This document shows, in pieces, positions 1-9,400 of a stretch of 32,950 bases of DNA. The position numbers and the translations under genes were made by a program. Under the pieces are notes generated by a model. The model was not told the origin of the DNA. It searched no databases and saw only the letters and a program-made list of their open reading frames with translations. Every line of letters starts with the position of its first letter. The stretch's first letter is position 1. Source of the DNA: Dimargaris cristalligena (taxonomy: Eukaryota); assembly GCA_003614675.1 (NCBI GenBank), contig ML002415.1:1-32950 (forward strand), written 5' to 3'.

Positions 1-140
1 GGGATGTTTATTTTCAACCAGTAGTACTTGCCTCATCAAATGGATTTTTCGTTATACAGCCTTGTTGAATTACTCCCATATATTCACCCATGCACACATT
101 ATGTAAACCCTTATACAGCTGGTTTGAATTCCACCCATAT
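1..140. repeat. Copy 1 of the ~145-bp bipartite repeat (module A reversed at 1-80, module B forward at 80-140); cut by the window edge
   Basis: The reverse complement of 1-80 matches 16941-17020 at 75/80, ungapped; 80-140 matches 18086-18146 at 52/61, ungapped, in forward orientation. Confidence 0.9.
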
Positions 141-589
141 GGTTTATGGACAGCTGCCAAGAGCCCAATTAACCACTCCACAAAGGAAAATCAATAATAT
201 GGAATTCATTCTGTAATGGGAATGTTGCTTACTGTGTTTTCTTCCACAAGGCAGTATAACTAAAACAGAGAAGGGAGCGGGTAAACCCCAAATTTAAAAG
301 ACGCTAGGCCACATGCTGCACTATTCTCCGACCCATCCGCTTGAACCCAAACAATTGCCCTAAGGGAGAAAGAACGAATATAGAAAGGGACTGCAGGTAA
401 GCAAGCCGTCGGGCGGTTGAAGGTCGCATAGCCTCTACCCAGATGTCTTTACATATTGAGTGAAGTAGTGCGGTCCCCAAAATGGTCCTCCTTCGCGCCG
501 ATTCGTCTTCATTCGAGACCAGAGTGGCCACCACACGGTGCCGTATCCCCTGAAAGGCATACACATTGAGTGGCGGAGGGCCTTCCTTC

Positions 590-796
590 TTCGACTTCTC
601 AGCGACTATTCGTTTGTCTTTGCATTCCTGGGTTGTTAGTTTGTTTTCCATTTCCCCATGTTTCTCAATTTCTCTTCACTTCCCTTCCACCATTGAGCTT
701 TATTCCCCATTCCCAGCCATATTACCCCTTACTTTCATTCGAACCACCTAATTTGACCCCCATTCCTTCCCTGAATTACCCTGTCCCGCCTACGCC
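590..796 (+). promoter_or_regulatory. Pyrimidine-rich core promoter/5' UTR of the ING gene
   Basis: C/T-rich tract directly upstream of the ATG, preceded by a CpG-rich stretch (about 400-600); typical fungal promoter composition. Confidence 0.45.
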
Positions 797-2125
797 ATGT
801 ACCTGGAAGAGTACCTCGACACCCTGGAGTCGCTTCCCGCTGAACTCCAGCGCAATTTCACGCTAATGCGCGAACTGGATGCCCTATCCCAGGATCTCTC
901 CGCCCGCCTCGAAGAGAAAACCAAAAACTACCTCGAGAGCCTCCCTGAACTCGATGACCAAACCCGCCGGCAAAACCTCCAGGAATTCTCCCAGTACTTC
1001 ACCGATTGCCTCAAACACGGCGAGGAAAAGGTCGCCTTGGCCACCCAAACCTACGATGTCGTGGACCGCCACATTCGGAAATTAGATGAGGATTTGCTCA
1101 AGTTCGAGGAGGAACAAATGACCGTACCCAAATTAACCGCGACGTTGCTGCCCGGTAGCAGTGGAGGAGGAGCGGCAAGCCACCCGACATCGGCCCTGTT
1201 AAATGGTAGTGGTGGCGCTCCCTTTGATTTAGTGGGCTCTTCCGGGGTACTGACCCTTTTGGAAGGCAGCAACAACGGCGGAGGGAGTGCCTCCCAAGAT
1301 CATCCCAGCCCTAATCAGCCCCGCTCCGGCGGAGGGGGGGGTACCGACCGCAAACCACGCCAACACGATAAGCGCACCGGTGGCGCGAACTCGACGGGCG
1401 GGGCCGGTGGTTCGGCCAGTGGGAGTGGTAGTGGTGAAGTGACTACGGCTACCCCCGGCAAGAAACGCCGTAACCACCGCGAGGGTTCCCCCGCGAGCCG
1501 GTCCACTCACCACCACGGACAGGCGGCTTCCGCCACTTCAGGGGGAAGCGGCTCATCAGCCGCGGGGGGTCCTTCCGGTAATGGACAGGCCAGTTCCGGA
1601 GCCCACAAGGGTGGGCGGGTGGGCAATGCACGCGCTGGTAACAAACGGGACCAACAACACAATAGTACGGGCGCGCACGGCCACGGTACCCACCACCACC
1701 AGCAACAGCAACAACAACAGTCGCAACATTCGCATAGTGGGGGCGCTGCGGGTCAGGGGGCTGCCAGTGGCGGGGCTAACTCTACTACTACTTCTACCTC
1801 AGGTACGGCCGTGAGCACTAGTAGCAGTCGCCACGGAAACCAACAGGCCGCCTCCGCGGCCGTTGCCAGTACCAGTGGATCCGAAGCGGGTCGTGGGGAT
1901 CGGTCCACCGCCCGGAAAGCGGCCATCGAGAGCGATATGGCCATTGATCCCAACGAACCCACCTACTGCTACTGTAATCAAGTTTCGTATGGTGAAATGG
2001 TAGCCTGTGACGACGAAAATTGCGACATTGAATGGTTCCATTACCAATGTGTGGGCCTGAACAGTCAGCCCAAGGGTAAATGGTATTGTTCCGAATGCCT
2101 GTCGCGGCGGAAACGGAGTCGATAA
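797..2125 (+). CDS. ING-family (inhibitor of growth; Yng2/Pho23/ING4-5-like) chromatin reader with N-terminal ING coiled coil and C-terminal PHD finger, 442 aa, intronless
   Basis: N-terminus [28 protein letters not shown]...[25 protein letters not shown] matches the ING N-terminal domain. C-terminal [51 protein letters not shown] is a canonical C4HC3 ING PHD. ATG is in a gccATG context; long Gly/Ser/His/Gln linker with a basic PGKKRR patch. The paralog cannot be assigned by eye. Confidence 0.96.
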   Translation: MYLEEYLDTLESLPAELQRNFTLMRELDALSQDLSARLEEKTKNYLESLPELDDQTRRQNLQEFSQYFTDCLKHGEEKVALATQTYDVVDRHIRKLDEDLLKFEEEQMTVPKLTATLLPGSSGGGAASHPTSALLNGSGGAPFDLVGSSGVLTLLEGSNNGGGSASQDHPSPNQPRSGGGGGTDRKPRQHDKRTGGANSTGGAGGSASGSGSGEVTTATPGKKRRNHREGSPASRSTHHHGQAASATSGGSGSSAAGGPSGNGQASSGAHKGGRVGNARAGNKRDQQHNSTGAHGHGTHHHQQQQQQQSQHSHSGGAAGQGAASGGANSTTTSTSGTAVSTSSSRHGNQQAASAAVASTSGSEAGRGDRSTARKAAIESDMAIDPNEPTYCYCNQVSYGEMVACDDENCDIEWFHYQCVGLNSQPKGKWYCSECLSRRKRSR

Positions 2126-4199
2126 ACGGGAGGAGAGTGGGGGGAGCACAGCTACTTACTGTCCAACTCACTCTACACTACATTTCCGGCCCAAATTATC
2201 TTCAGATCCTTTACGGGCCATCCCACCGACCTATATACATACTCTGTGCTTTTGCCGTGTCTCTAATCTTCCGACGCTTTGTACTCCTAGCTAGATTTTC
2301 GTCTTACCCTTACCCAGCATAATTTTTATACCCCGTTTACTAAGTTCCCAACCGCCTTCTTTTTTATCACCTTCCCTAGTTTTGATTTATTTCTAAAACC
2401 AAGTCTTCGATTGCTTCCGCCCAATAGGTACTAACCACTACCATTAACTCTCATTTTCATGCCAATCCATTCCTCCTGTAATAAACGTTCTACTATCGGT
2501 CTAACTCTCGTGCAATCATCCTTTTCTATGTTGGCCCAACTAGGTGGGGTGAGAGGAGGAACTGTCCCGACAGTTACTAATAGCTCTACAAAACCCATAC
2601 GATCATTAATAGATTTATCCGGGGCTGTGTGTATTGTAGAAATGGGATAGAGTTGCCGATTCAGAATAGATATTCGGCAAAAATATTCCCGGGCATAGAT
2701 AGTCGATTGAAGAAAGTTGTGTGAATCCCCCTATTCTGCGATCCCATTCGCCTCTCTCCGTAATGTTATCAGCTCACGCTGTGGATGGGGGTATAATGGA
2801 TACCGGGTAAATTATTTGGAGAAGTTGGTTGGCTGTTTATGAAGGCGCATCGTGGTAACGGATTCGGATATTACTCTGGCCGAAGGTATGCCGCCGACCT
2901 GTGAATCTACCAAGAATTTTAGAGATGTAGACACGGATTCAATCAGTTACCCTGGGTGTTTTGGGTAACTAAGGTCAGGGCAAGGGTACATAGCTATTAT
3001 CCACGGGTGGTTGGGGACATGTAGTAGAGATGTGTCACTGTTTCATTTTCCGAAAAGAGAAAGGATTACGAATGGGCTTATCGGCGTATCTCTGGCATCG
3101 TACCATATATTCTCCCGTATGTCGTATTAATAATATCTATTACGCATTGTTTACCTCTCTGCACGTATGCTTTGGAGGAATCGCATCGACGATTTTTCAC
3201 TTACGGTTGCTGTAGATTCAGTTATAGGCATGGTTGTTATTGTGGTTATAAACACGGCCGGTTGTCATAAATAATACCCGACACTAAATGCTAAGGGCTG
3301 CCTTGAAACCCGCAGGGATAACCGCCGGATAAAATATGTTCCGGGGACCAGTGGTTAGCCCTTGCGGATATTGCTCTACAGTCCTCCGAAAACATCGGCC
3401 AGTCGATATCAGCTAAATGCCGCCAGAGTTTAAGTTTTTTTTTTCAAGAGACGAGAGAGTCGGTGGCGAACCAATCTATAAATGTTATTCCTAACTCCAT
3501 TTAAGCGACAGACCCGTATCTGATTAGGTGAATGGGGAGGAACCCAGGCAAGCCCTCCTCGTCTATCTCTGCTCCAGGTTAGTGGGGTAATGCGATAACA
3601 GTGAGTGGGGTGAATCCAGCCAGGGCAATTTAAGGACCCGGCCGGTGGGTTTGTTCTGGATAACTAAAGGAGGACGACGCGTAATACGAATGCGTCAATA
3701 CTGGAAGATAGTTCCGTGTGTTCACCTCGTCTGCATCCGTGACAATTCTACTATAGATGCCTGCCCGTATGGCTAGCAGTCCGGAGTAGACGAAATCGCC
3801 CGCATGGACCCCTCTTACCTACCTACTTAGGTAGCCTTTACTCCGGCTGCCCAAATCCATGGAAAGGTTGTTGCGGCATGTATGCCAGAAGTGGCTGTAG
3901 ACGAGGGAGGAGAAGTGCTCGAGCGCGGGGTCAATTAAGATCACGTTACTGGCTCGACAGGATGATGATTACCTCCTCCTTTCGTTCGTTTATTGCTCTT
4001 CCAATCCGCCCTGGATGGCCCCCTCCTTAGTTTTGGTGGTGGTATAGTAAGGAGGAGAAAGCGGGAGGGGGATGTACATTGGGCGTAGTGATTCGTGGGC
4101 TGTCAACTTGGCTTTTCCCCTGTTGTCCATGCCACCCCCCCGTACATGTTATGATGCCATATGCACCATATGAATATACAAAAGGAAGGAATACGATGG

Positions 4200-4530
4200 T
4201 CATTTGGCGCGGCTGACAGGCGAGTCTCGAGCCAGTCGCGGCCGCGCCCGCTCGACATTCGCCCTCTGCCTGCCGAGCGTGCGATCCCTTTGGGGGGTTC
4301 CGATTGGCCGAGCGGCACTGCCTCCGCATATAGCCTTATACTAATCAAACCACCATTTCTCGTGTTTAAAAAGCACGCACTATCTACCACCCCACCTCCT
4401 TAGTTATATGCACTTACTCCTTTCCTTTTCATCAATCCCCCCTCGTATTTCTCTCCTCCTCTCTCTTTCTCTCTTTTCCTTCGTTTTTCGTCTCCTCTTT
4501 TTTTGCGTTTTTCTGCTACTTCTCGCTTGT
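4200..4530 (+). promoter_or_regulatory. Candidate promoter of the RasGAP gene (GC/CpG-rich block followed by a CT-rich tract)
   Basis: CpG-dense 4205-4328, then a long CT-rich tract at about 4410-4530, 1.3 kb upstream of the ATG; would imply a long, possibly spliced 5' UTR. Confidence 0.35.
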
Positions 4531-5774
4531 CAGCTGGTTTCGGGGAGTGCCTCGACTTTGTTATACTAGGTTACAATACTATTAGACCCAAATTGATCAA
4601 TCAATCAATCACAGGGACTGGCTGTGCTTGTGGTGTGTCACACACTATATAGTAGCCTGATTGAATAATACTTTCCCTACCTGTGTATCCCCCTCCTTCC
4701 ACCGGCGTTCTCGGCCCGAGCTTTAATCACCAAGGTAATTGTTATTATTATTATTATTATTGTGTTTATGGCATCGTTAATACCAGTCAAATAGGGTGCA
4801 TCCGGTGTAGCTTGGTTACAGAGTGAGCAGGTAGGGGAAGAGCTGAAGAAGAAGGCCCGTAGTCGGCTGCGAGCCATTGGTAACAAGACTCGGGGCTAAG
4901 CGGTGTCAAAGGGTTTCGGATTCACGGGGTGTGCCAATTCATCTTTGGAATTCACCTCGGCAACAATAAGGGGTTTGGCGAACCTGGTTGGTAGTTTTAT
5001 CCCTGGGACTGTTGGAAAAAGCTGCACTGTGAAACACCACCTCTCTTCCTTACTCCTTCAGTCGGCGGTGGGCTCTCGTGTTTCGGTTGATTGATTACTA
5101 TTCTTCCGCACACCCACACACACACCCCCCCCCCACACACACACACCCACATCCGCCTTCCTCCTCGAACTTTTGGGTGCTTGCAATTCGCAAGTCCAGT
5201 CGCTGCCCGCCTCAGGAGGCTCCACCATGGTCCGATCCTCGCACCTAGTGCACTTCCCATACTCAGTCTGAGTTGCTTGGCAAGCCCCCCCCCTGGTTTC
5301 TTCCGAGGCCCATTCGCTAGCTGCTTCTTCTCCCCCCCTCTAACCCGCTCTCGGTTGGACGGAGATTAACCTATTTGGTCATCCCAGTTTTTCCTCTGGG
5401 TTTTTCCATTCCTTCCCACATGGCCCATTCCGACCAAATCTGACAAAACATTCCTTTTGGACCGGAGCAACTCTTACAATTTATTGAGAGAGTTTCCCCC
5501 AACGTTTAATTATCCCAAGATTTCCGCGAATTTATCCCAACCTGTTGCAGACACAGGCCACGAATCCCCCCCCCCCACAGCTTTGGTTTCATTTGGCTGC
5601 CCCCTCACCACCGTATTACCCTTCTTTTCCCCCTCTTTTTTTTTGTTTAACTCTTATCGACCCCCCTTCTAGTAAAACCACCACAGCCCCTGCCGACTGG
5701 CCAACTAACCTTAGTTGCCCACCTTCTGCAAAATTAACGCACTGGGCCCGTATATTTCGCCCAAATAATCAATC

Positions 5775-6413
5775 ATGTCGGGTAGCTTCGAACTTTCCCC
5801 GGCCGATAAACTCAAGGTCGAAGACGTTCACTACAGCCTCCAGGCCCTATCCAAGTCTCTCGAGAAATGGATTGATGTGGCTGGCCGAGTGGTGGAAATT
5901 TCCTCCGAGTTCCACAGCCTCACTTCCGACCTCGTCGCCCATATCCTTGAATTCAAACCCTCGTACATCCACGACCCGTCCTCTGTTTCAGGGGCCGACA
6001 ACGGAGATTCTCACAACCACTTCTCCAACGCTCCCTCCCTCAAAAAATTACCACCCATCGATAAATCCCGACAAACCACCGATTACTTGGCCGCCGTTGA
6101 CTCACTGCGTAATGACTTCAAATCGGTGGTGGATAAACTCGAACGTAAAGTTTTGGACCCCATTCACCGGATTAAAAACATCATTGATTTAACCCCGGGT
6201 CTCCGGTCGGTGTACGAATCGTCCGAAAAGGAATATATCCGGTGTCTGGAGAAATATTGCGCCAGTATGAGCCCTAATATCGATGTGAAAACGAAAAAAG
6301 ACCTGGCCCGTAAACTGTTTCAGGCCCGGCGGCAGTACTACAGTGTGATCTTCCGGTACCATAGAGTAATTGACCAGATTCAGACTAATGGACACACGCT
6401 GATTCTTTCCAAG
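5775..6413 (+). CDS. RasGAP gene exon 1: amphipathic helical, BAR-like N-terminal region
   Basis: 213 open codons ending AAG|GTAAGA. Long amphipathic helices (LSKSLEKWIDV, LERKVLDPIHRIK, SEKEYIRCLEKY, LFQARRQYYSVIFRYHRVIDQIQ) resemble the BAR modules of BAR-PH proteins. The domain call is inference. Confidence 0.75.
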
Positions 6414-9400
6414 GTAAGAGTTACCATGGGCAACTGCGAAATAGGCCAACTAACCCACTGCTCATCGACGGGGCGTGTAGAACCTTTTAGACCCGCCTTT
6501 TAAGCGCTGTCTTACTGCGGCCCTGGTTACCACTCTGTTAACCACCTATTTAAACCAACTACCCCTTACTTTCCAATATCAACCATGGCATGTATTAGCT
6601 CGAAGAGTGGATGCAGGTGTTCCGCGGCTGGTATTATACTGACCATAAATTATTGGTTGACTGCCTTAATTTTTTGGCCAAAGATATTGCCCACAAGGTA
6701 AGCCACCCCCCCCTACAGCTTTTCTTAAGTTCGTTAAATTATTCTACGATGAAATTACGCTTTCAAGAGCGACAGTATTGTCTAAGTACCCGTATGGATA
6801 GCACCATACACCCGCCCATGGTAAGATACTCATTGAGGCACCTCGATACAAACACGAAACATCATTTATATTCCCTCGACTATTGAATATAGGCCATAAA
6901 CATCGAGAAATTCGAAGAAATCAAATCAATTTCCGATGACCGGGTGACGTTCGATATGGAGGTAATTAAAGCCTGTCGAATCAATTATTTGTATAGTTAA
7001 ATGCGCAGCCTGACCTTCCTCCCGACTCTTTCTCTCTCTCTCTATTTCTCTCTACTCATTGACATAAGTAAATAACATGTGTTTCGTTTTTAATGCTTGC
7101 CTAATGCTTGGTTCGCCATTTACTAATACCCTCTATACTACGTAACTCTTCCCCACCCCAATCAAACCTCCCTTATCTCTTTTATTAGGAGGAGCTCAAC
7201 GAGTTTTTTTGTTGAACTAGACCTCAACGAGGATAAACACCATAACGGTAGCTTCGAAATTTCACCGGCTCCAAATTCCGGCTACCTGTTTTATTATAAT
7301 CCGGAGTCTAACGAGTCCTGGCAAAGGTTCGTGAACATAACCCCCCCCTCCTCACTGACCTATTCCTTTTGTGTTTTTAGCAAGCCCCGTGGTAATGCAA
7401 CGGGCGATTAATGCCGCCCGGGTTACTCACTCATTTTTATTCGGGTACCAGTAGTAGATTATTTTTTTTACTAATCTGAACCTATCCTTGGCAATGTTTC
7501 TCCCTGTCTGTTCAAATATTGGCACGGTTTTTACATCTCCACCTCATTTTCCATTTAACCAGAGCGTATTATACGGTTGAACCCGAGGGTGATTTCGTAG
7601 TCGTCAGTGCGCGGCAAACGAAGATCACGGAACTCCTGCGCCGGCCTATTGTAGACCTATCGGCCACCCCCACTATGTTTCAGAACCGAATCTATGTAGT
7701 TGAATTAGCTACTGATGGCCAATTGTAAGTTCTGAGACTACCTGGGACTCTCCCTCCGCTATTACACGTGTCTACCCCATACTGTTTTTTGTGGACCACG
7801 CCCATATTTTGTTAGCTAAACGGATCAATAAGCTAAAGTTTACCCGCTTCATTTCACTACTATTGCTGGTCGACTCTCCTGTATCCCACTTCTCTTCGAT
7901 AGGATTTGCTACGTTCAACTCACAAACCAACACGAGGTTCAACGTACGATGCGAATTTTCGGAGAACAATTTTTGTCCGGCAAAGAATCACTCGGTGATG
8001 GCGCTAGTATACTGGGCTATAAGATTATTTCCCGTGACTCCTCAAACAGTCAAAACGCACCCAAGATTACTGCCAAAGAGGTAACTGTTGGCCTGATTCG
8101 TCCCCTCCCCTCTCGCTATGATTGCCATATTATTGTGTATTATGAAGGCCCTCTTCTACAGTATCATCTGCCCCACTGTGGAATACGTGTCACCATTCCC
8201 TTCCCCTATATGCATGGGTGTGAAAGCAACCCGGGGTGATTACTAGTCCTGACACACCATCTCTATCTATCTGGCTACCAAATGAACTGTTCCTGGACCC
8301 CGTAGATAACCGAGAATCTCGAGCGCATGGCTGTGTACGATTTGCCGCCCCAGACTAAGGTAAATAGTTTATCCCTTTTCCCGCCACATTTTCCCTGTGG
8401 TGATCAACCAGCTACCTGGTCCCATTGACAGTGTTTGCTTCAGGAATGGATTGGCGAACTCTGGTCTGATTTAGGACACTTACTCCATCTAATTATTTCG
8501 GTGTAAGGTTTCCCCTCCCTCCTCCTTCCTTCTTTCTCCATCGTTTGCCTGTTTAGGATAAAGAGGCGGATTCGGACCAAGACAGTGATGTGTCCGACGA
8601 GTCGGAAGAGGTAAATAAGGTTTTCTATCACAATGTTCTCTACTGACAGTGCTATTGTTTGAATCATGAGAGTGGAGACGCCACGTCCAAATGGATAATA
8701 GTGAGTTGAATCTCCAACTCGCTTTGAATATAGCGGATACCCTCGGGGATTGTGATAATGGTCCGATACGTATTCCGACCACGGCTCTTCTTGCTTTAAC
8801 TTATTTGTTTTATGTATATATATACATATATTATAATCGTAACATAATTTGGACAATTATCATTTTGTCTAGTTTACAATGGATGACTTGAAGGATGGCA
8901 TCTTGAAAATTGGCAAGCTATTTATTCGAGGTAAGCCTGTTGTTATTTATATATACTTTCATTTAGGTCTTATTGTGATACTTGCTTTACCTTAATTCAG
9001 ATTGTATCTATCGCATAATTCCGTTGCCATGGGCGTAAGCCTACTTGGTATATATTGGACTTCAACTGACACATGTGCTTCATGTTTACCTACCCTACAT
9101 TTAAAACCACTGATACACTTACGGGTCTCCAGCCAAGGGATCCAAAGGTAGTAAAAATTGGCAGGTCCTGAAGGATCCTGCTGTCAATGGCGAATGGCGG
9201 GCTACAGCCGCCACGGTCAAGTCCGACAATGATAATTTCATACTGTCGCTGTACGATAATACGGTAAGTCCCTTTGGTAGAGGGGTGTTGATTAATCCTA
9301 TTAAGACGCTTTTACTACACGACCCATAACGGGGCTGCCTTCCCTCAATCGCTGTAAATTTCCCAAACCACCTTCAGCGACAGCGACTGTGCTCTCCAGG

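Noticed and set aside
52-140. 30-bp direct repeats with a 29-bp spacer resembling a CRISPR unit
   Set aside because: Only two imperfect units in a eukaryotic context with no cas genes; explained by inversion of module A.
304-651. 115-aa minus-strand ORF divergent from the ING gene
   Set aside because: No recognisable domain; overlaps the ING promoter; no coherent downstream exons.
7381-7391. Possible 11-nt microexon in RasGAP intron 4 (TTTTAG|CAAGCCCCGTG|GTAATG)
   Set aside because: In frame only if a poorer GAG acceptor at 7564 is used; direct splicing gives the better PH motif WQRAYY.
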